Shown: piece by piece, positions 47,775-57,102 of the stretch
Layout: each line of letters begins with the position of its first letter
Position numbering within the stretch: position 1 is the first letter of the stretch
NCBI GenBank assembly: GCA_963798845.1
Contig: CAWCUS010000006.1
Coordinates: forward strand, 672,001-736,000
Source: an uncultured Gemmatimonadales bacterium
GTDB taxonomy: Bacteria > Gemmatimonadota > Gemmatimonadetes > Longimicrobiales > RSA9
Direction of reading: 5' to 3'
Length of the DNA: 64,000 nucleotides
The notes under the pieces: model-generated
What the model saw: only the letters and a program-made list of their open reading frames with translations
Told to the model about the DNA's origin: nothing
The model's database searches: none
Position numbers and translations under genes: made by a program

Positions 47775-50039
47775 ATGAGCTTCGATACACCCGTGGCGGG
47801 CGACGAAGCCCTCGACCTGCTCCGCCGCAGCGACAAGCACTATCTCGGCGCGGGGGACGGCACGCTCTTCGCCCCCCCGCATCCGCTCTGGCTGGACGTC
47901 CCGGGCTTCTGGGACGAGGGGCAGGTCTACCTCCACCGGATGGCGCCGCTCTTCACCTTCTCGCTGGTGGACGACGGCGGGCTGGAGCGACCGCTGCGGC
48001 TCGTGGAGCGGGCGTGGTCGCCCCATGGCATGGCGGCCATCTACAGGGACGCCGAAGTGGAGGTGGTGGAGCGGCGCTCAGTCCGGCCGGGGGGCCGGTT
48101 CGTGAGCGAGCTGGATGTGTTCTCGGCGGTGCGCGCCGGCGGCTGGGTGGTGGTGTGGACGGCGCAGGAGGGCGACGCGGTCCCCGACCGTGCATCGCTC
48201 GACGCGGGGCCCGGCGGCATCCGCTTCACCCGCCGGGCGCGCGATGCGCAGGGGCGCGGAGGGCCGCTGGAGCTGGAGTGCGTCCTGGAGCTGGAGGACG
48301 CGTCCGGGTGGGCGGTGCACGAGTCGCAGATCATGCCCGACTATCCCAACCTCCCGCGCTGGGACGTGACGCCGTTCGCCGATCGTTGGGACGGCGGCGA
48401 GATCGGTCTCGGGGGCTCGACCGTGGCGCCGGCGCCGGCGGAGAAGGGGCGGACGCTCCTGTACATGGGGGTGGCAAAGCGGGTCGAGCTGAACGCCCGC
48501 GGCGTGGGCCGCGTGCGGGCCGGAATCACCGTGCGCCCGACGCTGCCGGGGCTGCGTAACGAGGCCATGGCGCGCCGCACCCCGGAGCTGCCCCGGCCGT
48601 CGGCGGCCGTGGAGTCGCGGGACGAGTGGATCCAGTTCTTCGAGCGCGCGCCATCGCTGCGCTGCTCCGACCCCTGGCTGGCCCGCTATTTCGCTTATCG
48701 GTGGTACGGCCTCCGCCTCAATTTCCTCGATGCCGCGGGCAACTACCGGCGGCCGACCTGCGCCGAGGGGACCGACTACTTCCATTGTGCCATCAGCTAC
48801 AGCGCATGGTGTCACGCCCGCGAGCTGCGCTGGCTGCCGGACGCGGCGCGGGCGCGCGGCACTGTGGAAACGTTCCTGGACCACCAGCGCGAGGACGGGT
48901 CACTTCCCGGTCGCGTGTACCTGAACCACATGGAGCGCACCGACTTCTACATCGCCGACTGGGGTGGCGCGCTCACCGCGCTGGACGAGGTGCTCCCCGG
49001 CGGCGCCACGCTGTCGGCAATGTACGAGCCGCTGCGGCGGTACGCCGAGTGGCTCGACCGGGACCGAGATCCGAACGCCACCGGGCTCTACGACGCGCGC
49101 GATCCGTACGAGACGGGGCAGGAGTTCATGAGCCGCTACACGGCGGTGGACCCGGAGGCCGACCATCAGCATTTCGACTTCCGGCTTCGCCTCAAGGGAG
49201 TGGACGTCACCGTGTACTCCTACAGGCTGCGCCGCGCCCTGGCCGGCGCAGCTCGCCGGCTCGGGCGAGGGGAGGAGGCGGCGGCGCACGACGCGGTGGC
49301 GGAGCGGATCCGGACGGCGGTGCGCCAGCGGATGTGGGACCCGGAAACGGAGATGTTCTCGGACCTGGATGGCCACGGGACCCGGCGCACGGGCGTGAAG
49401 GCGGCCGTGTGCTTCTACCCCTACATGACCGACCTGGCGGGGGCGGAGCACGTGCCCGGGCTCACCCGAAACCTCTTCGATCCGGCGACGTTCTGGACGC
49501 CGTACCCGGTGCCCAGCACGGCCGCGGACGACCCCACGTTCAGCGCCGACGCGGAGTGGGCGGGCGTGCGGCGAAGCTGCACGTGGAACGGCCGCGTCTG
49601 GCCCATGACGAACTCGCACGTGGTGGAGGCGGTGGCTGCCGCATCGGAGCACGATGCCGACCTGCGTCCGCGCGCAGCCGACCTGCTCCAGCGCTACATC
49701 CGCATGCTCTTCTTCAACGGCGACCCGGCCCGCCCCAACTGCTTCGAGCACTATTCGCCGGTCACGGGACGTGCGGCGGTGTACCGGGGCATCGACGACT
49801 ATCAGCACTCGTGGATCAACGACCTGGTCATCCGCTTCGTAGCGGGGTTCCGTCCCGCGGGTGAGCGGGCGGTGGTGGATCCGTTCCCGGGCGGACCGGA
49901 AGAGCTGCGTCTCGACCGGCTGCCGTGGCGCGGCCACGAAGTCGGCGTCGCGATCACCGGAGGCCGGTTCCGCGTGACCGTGGACGGACGGGTTGCCGGC
50001 GGCGGTGTGGTCGGCGACCGCATCGAGGTGGAGGCGTGA
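47775..50039 (+). CDS. (alpha/alpha)6-barrel glycoside hydrolase, GH63/trehalase-like
   Basis: DRDPNATGLY, ETGQE, WDPETEMFSD, FWTPYPVPS, WNGRVWP, FEHYSP. Confidence 0.75.
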   Translation: MSFDTPVAGDEALDLLRRSDKHYLGAGDGTLFAPPHPLWLDVPGFWDEGQVYLHRMAPLFTFSLVDDGGLERPLRLVERAWSPHGMAAIYRDAEVEVVERRSVRPGGRFVSELDVFSAVRAGGWVVVWTAQEGDAVPDRASLDAGPGGIRFTRRARDAQGRGGPLELECVLELEDASGWAVHESQIMPDYPNLPRWDVTPFADRWDGGEIGLGGSTVAPAPAEKGRTLLYMGVAKRVELNARGVGRVRAGITVRPTLPGLRNEAMARRTPELPRPSAAVESRDEWIQFFERAPSLRCSDPWLARYFAYRWYGLRLNFLDAAGNYRRPTCAEGTDYFHCAISYSAWCHARELRWLPDAARARGTVETFLDHQREDGSLPGRVYLNHMERTDFYIADWGGALTALDEVLPGGATLSAMYEPLRRYAEWLDRDRDPNATGLYDARDPYETGQEFMSRYTAVDPEADHQHFDFRLRLKGVDVTVYSYRLRRALAGAARRLGRGEEAAAHDAVAERIRTAVRQRMWDPETEMFSDLDGHGTRRTGVKAAVCFYPYMTDLAGAEHVPGLTRNLFDPATFWTPYPVPSTAADDPTFSADAEWAGVRRSCTWNGRVWPMTNSHVVEAVAAASEHDADLRPRAADLLQRYIRMLFFNGDPARPNCFEHYSPVTGRAAVYRGIDDYQHSWINDLVIRFVAGFRPAGERAVVDPFPGGPEELRLDRLPWRGHEVGVAITGGRFRVTVDGRVAGGGVVGDRIEVEA

Positions 50040-53000
50040 CGGGAGGCGCCGCTGGCGTCTTCTTCGCCTCGGACGCTCCGGATCACCCCGAGGCGGCGGC
50101 GATCGCCGCGTGGCTCGAAGAGCGCTGCGACGGGGATGTCACGAAGGTCCGCCTCGACCGCCTCCTCGCGCAGGCGGGGGAGGCCGTCGTGTGGATCCAC
50201 GGCGTCGAGCCCGTTTCCCTCGACGCCCTCGGACGCGGCGGCGGAGCGCTCCTGCGCCGCGGAAGGCTTCTGCTCACCGGCGGCGCGGCCGCGCTGCCCT
50301 CCGAGTCGGGGCTCGAACCGGTGGCGCCCGGGGAGGCGGCCCGGCTCGAATGGCGAGACGACACCGACGATCTCCACCTGTTCCCGACCTTCTCGACGTA
50401 CCCGCGCATCCGCGGCCATGCCAGCTTCCGCGGCCACCCGCTTTTCAATGGGCTGGGGTCGGGCGCGTTCACCTGGGCGCCGGTCGACGGCGAGCCGTTC
50501 ACGAGGGTCGCCTACGTGATGCCGGCCTGGCCGCGGCGCGCCCGGGTCCTGGCCGTTGAGCGGAGCTACATCCACATCAACGCCGACCGCGCCACGATCT
50601 GGGAGATCGAGGGAGAGCAGGGCCGGGTCCTCTGCATCGGGTCGTACCTGCCGCTCGGCGAGGGGACCGGCGCGCTCCGGCTCAACGTCGAGCGGCTGAC
50701 CGCCAACGCGCTCGGTCGGGTGGCGGGAGCCACGGACGGCTCCGCCGCGTACGGCGGCGATGGCGGCGATGGCGGCGATGGCGGCGATGGCGGCGCGCGC
50801 GGCGCGGGGCACGCCTGGTCGATCCCGGTGGTGGAGGCGAGGGAGGATCCCTCGCTCGCCATGCCGGAGCTGCCGCTCCTCGAACGTGGCGTGGAGTCGA
50901 TCGAGTTCCCCCTGCGGGCGTCCGGGTCCGCCGCTGCGGACGCGCCGTTCACCCTGGCCGGGCGCCGGGCCTTCGTGTCCGGCCGGGAAGCGCGCGGGGT
51001 GGCCGAGGTTTGGGCCCACCCCGTGCGGCTCGCACGCGGACCCCGCCTCGAGGGCGCGCAGGCGGAGTCCGTCACCGTGACTCCGCTGGGCATCGAGCGG
51101 AAGCTCCGGCTCGGCCACCGGCTGGTACTGGAGCGGATCGTGGTTCCGCGCGACGTGCCGGCCTGCCTGCTGGAGTGGCAGGCCGTTGGCGGATCGGCGG
51201 AGATGGAGCTCGAATGGACGTCCGACCTCCGCCTGGCGTGGCCCTATCCAGCCACCGCCACCGCCCCGCTGCGCTGGCGGCGCGTCGCGCGCGGACTGGT
51301 GCTGGCGTCCGGCGCCGGGGACGAGGCCGCGTTCGCGTTCAACCGGGCACCGGAAGCACTGGAGGTCACGGACGCGACCGACGGCGACGCCGCCGCGGTA
51401 CGGGTCCGGGCTCGAGTTCGCCTCGGAGAGCACGAGCCCGTCAGGCTGGTCATGGTGGCGGCTCCACGCGGTGAGCTGTCCCGCGCGCTGCGTGGGGCAG
51501 GCCGGGCGGCCGCGTCCGCGCTGGCGAGGTCGGGGTCCACCGAGCGGCTCCTCTCGGAGCAGCTGTCGCTCGACGCGCCGGATCCCATGGCGACTCAGGC
51601 CGTGGAGTGGGCGAAGGTCCGGCTGGCGTCGTACCTCGTGGACACGCCCGGGCTCGGCCGATCCCTGGTGGCCGGGTACTGGGGCTCGGGCGAGGGGTGG
51701 TTCGGCCACGGGCGGCCGGGGTACGCATGGTACTTCGGCCGCGATGCCGTGTGGACCGCCCTGGCGTCGCTGGCCGCCGGCGACTTCGAAGCCGTGCGCG
51801 ACGTGCTTTCGTTCCTCGGCCGCCACCAGGCGCTCTCGGGGAAGATCCTCCACGAGTGCAGCACGAGCGGCGTCGTCCATTACGACTCCGCCGACGCCTC
51901 GCCGCTCTATCTCCTCCTCGTGGCACGGTACCTTGCCTGGTCCGGCGACATCCGCTTCGTTCAGGGCGAATGGCCCAGGGTGCGGGCGACGCTCGCCTAT
52001 TGCGTCTCCACCGACCGCGACGGCGATGGCCTGGTCGAGAACACGGGCGAGGGGCACGGGTGGGTCGAGTTCGGCCGGCTCGGCGGCGGCGACGTCACGT
52101 TCTACAACGCCGCCATCTGGAGCCGCGCGCTGCGCGAGATGGCCTGGACCGCGGAAGCGATCGGGCGCCCGGCCGAAGCCGCCGAGATCGGCCCCCTCGC
52201 CGACCGGGCCGACGCCTCGCTGGCGCGCACGTTCCTGGATCCGGCGACTGGCCTGTGGGCCGCGAGCGTGCTGCGCGGGGGCGACGCGGAGGAGGCGGGC
52301 TCGTGGCGTCGCCTGGCGATTCAGACGGCGACGCACGGCGTTCCGCTCCTGCTCGGGGCGGTGCAGGGCGACGCAATGGAGCGGTGGCTGGACGCGGTCG
52401 CCAGTGACCGCTTCACAGCCCCGTGGGGCGTGCGCATGCTGCCGACGGACGACCCGGACTACAACCCGATCAGCTATCACGGCGGCGCCGTATGGCCGCT
52501 CTTCACCGGGTGGACGAGCTGGGCGGAGTACGCGGCCGGGCGCGCGGAAGCGGGCTACCGGCACTGGCGGATGAACGTGGACCAGGTGTTCTGGCGCCAG
52601 CGCGGCGCATGGGACGAAGTACTGCACGGGACCGCGCGGGAAGGGCGGGGCGTGTGCCCGGACCAGGCGTGGTCCACGGCCATGGTGCTCAGCCCGCTGG
52701 TCTACGGGATGCTGGGCGCGGAGCCGGAGGCGGTTCGCGGCCGCCTCGTCCTCCGCCCGCGGCCGCCCGCAGCCTGGTCCAGGTTCAGCGTCCGGCACCT
52801 GCGCGTGGGCGGTGCGGCCGTGACCCTGGGCTATCGCCGGAGCGGCGGGGTGCACCGGTTCGACCTCGCCCAGGAGCGCGGGTCGCCGCCGCTCCAGGTC
52901 GTGCTGGCCCCGGAAGTGCCGGGGGCCCGCGTGGCCGGAGCCAGCGTGGATGGCGCGCCCGCCGAGCTCGACCCTGCGCGCGTCGGCGAGCGGTGGCGGG

Positions 53001-53059
53001 TTCCGGTCCAGCTCGTGCTGGACGCGGAGCGGTCGCTGGAAGTGACCATGGCTCTATGA
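50036..53059 (+). CDS. Amylo-alpha-1,6-glucosidase/GH116-like glycoside hydrolase with extra N-terminal domain
   Basis: LVAGY, GYAWYFGRD, GKILHE, DSADA, DRDGDGL, YHGGAVWP, EVLHG, QAWS. Confidence 0.8.
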   Translation: MTGGAAGVFFASDAPDHPEAAAIAAWLEERCDGDVTKVRLDRLLAQAGEAVVWIHGVEPVSLDALGRGGGALLRRGRLLLTGGAAALPSESGLEPVAPGEAARLEWRDDTDDLHLFPTFSTYPRIRGHASFRGHPLFNGLGSGAFTWAPVDGEPFTRVAYVMPAWPRRARVLAVERSYIHINADRATIWEIEGEQGRVLCIGSYLPLGEGTGALRLNVERLTANALGRVAGATDGSAAYGGDGGDGGDGGDGGARGAGHAWSIPVVEAREDPSLAMPELPLLERGVESIEFPLRASGSAAADAPFTLAGRRAFVSGREARGVAEVWAHPVRLARGPRLEGAQAESVTVTPLGIERKLRLGHRLVLERIVVPRDVPACLLEWQAVGGSAEMELEWTSDLRLAWPYPATATAPLRWRRVARGLVLASGAGDEAAFAFNRAPEALEVTDATDGDAAAVRVRARVRLGEHEPVRLVMVAAPRGELSRALRGAGRAAASALARSGSTERLLSEQLSLDAPDPMATQAVEWAKVRLASYLVDTPGLGRSLVAGYWGSGEGWFGHGRPGYAWYFGRDAVWTALASLAAGDFEAVRDVLSFLGRHQALSGKILHECSTSGVVHYDSADASPLYLLLVARYLAWSGDIRFVQGEWPRVRATLAYCVSTDRDGDGLVENTGEGHGWVEFGRLGGGDVTFYNAAIWSRALREMAWTAEAIGRPAEAAEIGPLADRADASLARTFLDPATGLWAASVLRGGDAEEAGSWRRLAIQTATHGVPLLLGAVQGDAMERWLDAVASDRFTAPWGVRMLPTDDPDYNPISYHGGAVWPLFTGWTSWAEYAAGRAEAGYRHWRMNVDQVFWRQRGAWDEVLHGTAREGRGVCPDQAWSTAMVLSPLVYGMLGAEPEAVRGRLVLRPRPPAAWSRFSVRHLRVGGAAVTLGYRRSGGVHRFDLAQERGSPPLQVVLAPEVPGARVAGASVDGAPAELDPARVGERWRVPVQLVLDAERSLEVTMAL
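50753..50794 (+). repeat. In-frame 9-bp tandem repeat (GGCGGCGAT)x4 encoding a GGD linker
   Basis: Read directly; lies between the N-terminal domain and the rest of the hydrolase. Confidence 0.9.
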
Positions 53060-53150
53060 GACTCGTCGGAGTCGTGCTTCCACACTACGTTGCTGCGGCC
53101 GGGGCATTCCCCCGCGGGGGAACGCAACAGCGAAACGAACAGAGGCCAGG

Positions 53151-53819
53151 ATGCGGAAAGTGAAGGTCGGATGGCTCGGGGCCCTGATGCTTCTGACCGT
53201 GGCGGTGGCTCCGCTCTCGGCGCAGGCCGCGGTGGGCGTGCGGGCAGGGGTGCGCCGCGCGGGTCTGGAAGCGGCCGGATCCACCGGGAGCCTGGCCGGC
53301 GTCGTGGTGGGCGGCTACTTCGGGGTGGGGTTGTCCGACCACGTTGCACTCCAGCTGGAGGCCGTCTACGGCACCCGGGGCTCGACATCCGTTCACCTCG
53401 GAACGGGGCAGCTCGATCCGGCGGCTTCCGCATCCGAGCTGCGGATGCGCTACCTCGACGTGCCGGTACTCCTGCGAACCGGCTTCCCGGGCAGGCGGCT
53501 CATGCCGAGCTTTTTCGCGGGGCCGTACGCCGGATTCCTCCTCGGGTGCGAGATCACGCCCGCCACCGGCTCTGCCCGGAACTGCAGCGCCGGCGCTCCC
53601 GGGTCCGATGGCGGCGGGGCCACGTTCTCACCCAGGGCCACGGACTTCGGAATGGTGGTGGGCGGCGCGCTGGACGTGCTGATGGGGGAGAACAGCGTGT
53701 ACCTGGACGCGCGCTACACGCTCGGCATCCTGTCCATTCAGTCGGGGGACAACCCGATGGACGCCCGGCACAACGGTCTCGAGATCAGCGCCGGGTTCGC
53801 CTTCCCGCTCGGACGGTAG
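53151..53819 (+). CDS. Outer-membrane beta-barrel (porin/PorT-like) protein
   Basis: Signal peptide; LQLEAVY, YLDVPVL, FAGPY, DARYTLG, C-terminal AGFAF. Confidence 0.8.
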   Translation: MRKVKVGWLGALMLLTVAVAPLSAQAAVGVRAGVRRAGLEAAGSTGSLAGVVVGGYFGVGLSDHVALQLEAVYGTRGSTSVHLGTGQLDPAASASELRMRYLDVPVLLRTGFPGRRLMPSFFAGPYAGFLLGCEITPATGSARNCSAGAPGSDGGGATFSPRATDFGMVVGGALDVLMGENSVYLDARYTLGILSIQSGDNPMDARHNGLEISAGFAFPLGR

Positions 53820-53857
53820 CGGGGTCCGGCCGGGCCGGTCGAACCGGGCAAAACGAG

Positions 53858-53885
53858 GAGCGCCCGGCGTTCGGGCCGGGCGCTC
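53858..53885. terminator. Hairpin between convergent genes
   Basis: GAGCGCCCGGC-GTTCGG-GCCGGGCGCTC with an A-tract just 5' of it (U-tail on the minus strand). Confidence 0.65.
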
Positions 53886-53912
53886 TGGTGAAGCCGGATG
53901 TGTCGGCGGTGG

Positions 53913-54101
53913 TCAGCTCTGCCTCAGCCACCCGCCCTCAGACAGAAGCTCCTTCACCTTTGCAGGTCGGTCACCGAGCGTGGTGCGGACAACGGACCGG
54001 GCATAGCTGATCCGGTCGTCGTCTGAGAGCTGGGTCACGACGCCGATGGGAGCGCCGTACCGGAGCAGCAGCCGCTTTGCATCCTTGGCCACCTCGTCCA
54101 T
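53913..54101 (-). CDS. Small hypothetical protein (62 aa)
   Basis: Strong AGGAGG RBS before ATG 54101; own downstream terminator; protein-like helical sequence. Confidence 0.7.
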   Translation of the reverse strand: MDEVAKDAKRLLLRYGAPIGVVTQLSDDDRISYARSVVRTTLGDRPAKVKELLSEGGWLRQS

Positions 54102-54177
54102 GGATCCTCCTGAAGTCGGGATCGGAAGGGAACGAACAAAAATAATCGAATTCCGCCGGCTGATCAACTGGGCGGTA

Positions 54178-55455
54178 ATGGCCACGGCCGCGCTCGCCGC
54201 CTGCGGGAGGGGTGGGGGTGAGTGCCTCCGCGCCGTTTCCTGGGCCGACTACCGCGAGCTGGGGCTGGACCGCGCGGTGGTGGACTCCTTCCGCGTCCGG
54301 CACCCGGGGATCCCCGTGTGCATGGAGTCGCTGGAAGGGTCCGGGATCTACCGTGAGAAGGTCCTGATCTCCATCGCCGGTGGAGTTCCGCCGGGGGTTT
54401 TCCTGATGGACGGGATCGACATCCCGGCGTTCGTGAATCGCGGCGTGCTTCTCGATCTGTCGCCGTACGTGGGTCGGGTGGGGGTGGACCTGTCGGCCTA
54501 CGATCCCAGGGTCCTTTCGCTGTTCAGGACGCCGAAGCCGGATGGCGACAGCGCGCTCTGGGCGTTCCCGAAGGACTTCACGCCCATGGTGATGTACTAC
54601 AACAAGGACGTTTTCGACGCGGCCGGGGTTCCGTATCCGAGGGCCGGCTGGACGTGGGCGGAGTTCCTGGACACGGCGCGTCGCCTGACACGGGACACGG
54701 ATGGGGATGGCGAGCCGGACGTCTGGGGCTTCGGCTGGCCCCGCGACTTCTTCTATCTCCAGGCGTGGATCTGGGCCGGTGGCGGCGAGCTGCTGGGTCC
54801 GGCGCCGGGAGGCGGCTACCGCGCCACGGGCTACCTGGACTCACCCACGACCGAAGCCGCCGTCTCCTACTACCTCGACCTGGTGCGGCGGTGGGGCGTG
54901 GCTCCCCGGGTGGAGATGTTCCGCCGCGGGCTGGGAGGGCTGAGCCGGATGTTCTACAGCGGGCAGGTGGCCATGCTCCAGTCGGGTCACTGGATCGGCC
55001 CCACGCTGGCGCCGCAGGAAGCGGCGGGGCGGCTCCGTTATGGAGTGGTGCCGATGCCCACGCGGGCGGGCGTTTCCCCTGTCACCGTGCTGTACGCCGC
55101 CGGCTGGGCGGTGCCGAAGTCGGCGGAACACCGTCGCCGGGCGGTGGAGCTGGCGGCGTTCCTGTCGTCCGCGACGGCGCAGCGGGTGAGGGCGCGCAGC
55201 GGTCTCGCGGTGCCGTCCATGCCCGCCGTGGCAGAGGAGATGGCGGCGGGGGACAGCACCGGTCGCGAGCGCGTGTTCCTGGATGCCGTACCGACGGGAC
55301 GCAACACGTGGGGGGCGAAGGTGGAGAAGTGGCGTGAGGTGCAGGACCTCCTGTTCGACCTTCTCGACCGGCCGCTCGTGGCGGGGGAGCCGGTGAGTGA
55401 GGTCGCCCACGACCTGGCCGTTCGCATCGACGGTCTGCTGGCGGAGCACCCGTGA
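54178..55455 (+). CDS. Sugar ABC transporter substrate-binding lipoprotein (start uncertain)
   Basis: ALAAC lipobox; LLDLSPY, MYYNKDVFDAAGV, WTWAEF, FYSGQVAM. Confidence 0.88.
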   Translation: MATAALAACGRGGGECLRAVSWADYRELGLDRAVVDSFRVRHPGIPVCMESLEGSGIYREKVLISIAGGVPPGVFLMDGIDIPAFVNRGVLLDLSPYVGRVGVDLSAYDPRVLSLFRTPKPDGDSALWAFPKDFTPMVMYYNKDVFDAAGVPYPRAGWTWAEFLDTARRLTRDTDGDGEPDVWGFGWPRDFFYLQAWIWAGGGELLGPAPGGGYRATGYLDSPTTEAAVSYYLDLVRRWGVAPRVEMFRRGLGGLSRMFYSGQVAMLQSGHWIGPTLAPQEAAGRLRYGVVPMPTRAGVSPVTVLYAAGWAVPKSAEHRRRAVELAAFLSSATAQRVRARSGLAVPSMPAVAEEMAAGDSTGRERVFLDAVPTGRNTWGAKVEKWREVQDLLFDLLDRPLVAGEPVSEVAHDLAVRIDGLLAEHP

Positions 55456-57044
55456 CCGGCCGGGCCGTCCGGCGGTGGCTGATCCTCGGTCCGATGGCGC
55501 TGGCGGCCTTGCTGATGTCGGGGCTCGTGGGTGCGCACGCGCGCGCCCACCGGGCGGCGGCGGACGCGGCGGTGGCCACGGCCACGGCGGAGCGGTGGCG
55601 GGAGCTGATGCAGGATACAGCGGTCGTGAACGTCTCGTTCTCGGTCCGCGCGACCGACTCACCGGCGCGTGAGCTCTACAATGTAGCGATCTACCGGCGC
55701 TCGGAAGCCGGGTTCCAGCTGGGCGCCGCATCCGGGCGGCAGGACCCGGCGGACACGCTGCGCCGGCTCCCGTCGCGTCTGCCCCAGGACGTGGTCGCCC
55801 GATTGATCCGGCTCGATCGGGCGTTCGAGGTCCGCCTGGACGGCCGCGCTGCTGCCGTTGCGCCGCTCGAGGACGCGACGAGGTGGGAGGTGGTCGGCGC
55901 GGTGGCGGCGGCGCAGCGGCAGCGGCTCCCGGCGCGCGTCCCGGGATGGCCGCTCCTGCTGGGCGCGGTCGCGGTGTCGCTCGGCTGGCTCGCGCTGCGG
56001 AGTTACGGGGCGCGTCCCACCTGGGCCAGCGCGGCGGCCGTCGTGGCGCCCGGCGCCGCCCTCGGCGCTTCCGTGTCGCTGCTGGCGCCAGGAGCGGCGC
56101 CGGGGGTGGGCATCGTGACCGTGGCGTGGCTGGCGTTGGCGGGGGTGGGCGTGTCACTCCTGCCGCTGGAGCGTCAGCCGCTCGCGCTGCGGGAAGCGGC
56201 GACCGGGTGGGCCTTCCTCGCGCCATCGCTGGTCCACCTGCTGGTGTTCTCCGTGGGGCCCATCGCGTTCGCGCTCTGGCTCAGCTTCCATCGCTGGAAC
56301 CTGGTCGAGCCCGCCCGTCCGTTCGTCGGGCTCGCGAACTACGTCGAGCTCGCGGGTGACGGAGCGTTCCTGCGGTCGCTCGCCAACACCGCCCTCTATG
56401 TCCTCTTCGTCCCCGTGGGCATGGCCGTGGCGCTGGCGCTGGCTCTGCTGGTGAACCGTCCGTTCCGGGGCGTGCGCGTGGTCCGCGCAATCCTGTTCCT
56501 CCCCTACATCACCAGCTTCGTCGCCATCAGCCTGGTCTGGAAGTGGATGTACGAGCCCGACTTCGGGCTGTTCAACCTGGTGCTGGGCCGGCTGGGGCTG
56601 GGTGGGCTGCCATGGCTGTCGTCGCCCGCCACGGCCATGCTGTCGCTGCAGATCATGGGCGTGTGGATGTACGCGGGCTACATGATGATCCTCTTCCTGG
56701 CCGGCCTGCAGGCGATCCCGGAGAGCCTGTACGAGAGCGCGCGAATGGACGGGGCGGGGCCGTGGCAGCGATTCCGGCACATCACGCTCCCGCTGCTCCG
56801 CCCCACCACGTTCTTCGTCCTGGTCACGATGGTCATCTTCATGTTCCAGGTCTTCACGGCAGTCTACGTCATGACGGAGGGCGGACCGCTGCACGCGACC
56901 GACGTCATCGTCTACCACATCTATCGGAACGCATGGGAGTACCTGCGGATGGGGTATGCCTCGGCCATGGCCTGGGTGCTTTTCGCGGTGGTGTTCCTGC
57001 TCACGATGATGCAGTGGCGATGGATCGGGAGGGAGCGGGTGTGA
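55452..57044 (+). CDS. Sugar ABC transporter permease with long N-terminal extension
   Basis: GWAFLAP, FVGLANY, LAGLQAIPESLYESARMDGA (EAA loop), MGYASAMAW. Confidence 0.9.
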   Translation: MTGRAVRRWLILGPMALAALLMSGLVGAHARAHRAAADAAVATATAERWRELMQDTAVVNVSFSVRATDSPARELYNVAIYRRSEAGFQLGAASGRQDPADTLRRLPSRLPQDVVARLIRLDRAFEVRLDGRAAAVAPLEDATRWEVVGAVAAAQRQRLPARVPGWPLLLGAVAVSLGWLALRSYGARPTWASAAAVVAPGAALGASVSLLAPGAAPGVGIVTVAWLALAGVGVSLLPLERQPLALREAATGWAFLAPSLVHLLVFSVGPIAFALWLSFHRWNLVEPARPFVGLANYVELAGDGAFLRSLANTALYVLFVPVGMAVALALALLVNRPFRGVRVVRAILFLPYITSFVAISLVWKWMYEPDFGLFNLVLGRLGLGGLPWLSSPATAMLSLQIMGVWMYAGYMMILFLAGLQAIPESLYESARMDGAGPWQRFRHITLPLLRPTTFFVLVTMVIFMFQVFTAVYVMTEGGPLHATDVIVYHIYRNAWEYLRMGYASAMAWVLFAVVFLLTMMQWRWIGRERV

Positions 57045-57102
57045 GAGTCACGGCGTGCAGCACGGGCAGGTCGCGCAGCACGGCGGGTGCGAGGAGGTGC
57101 GC

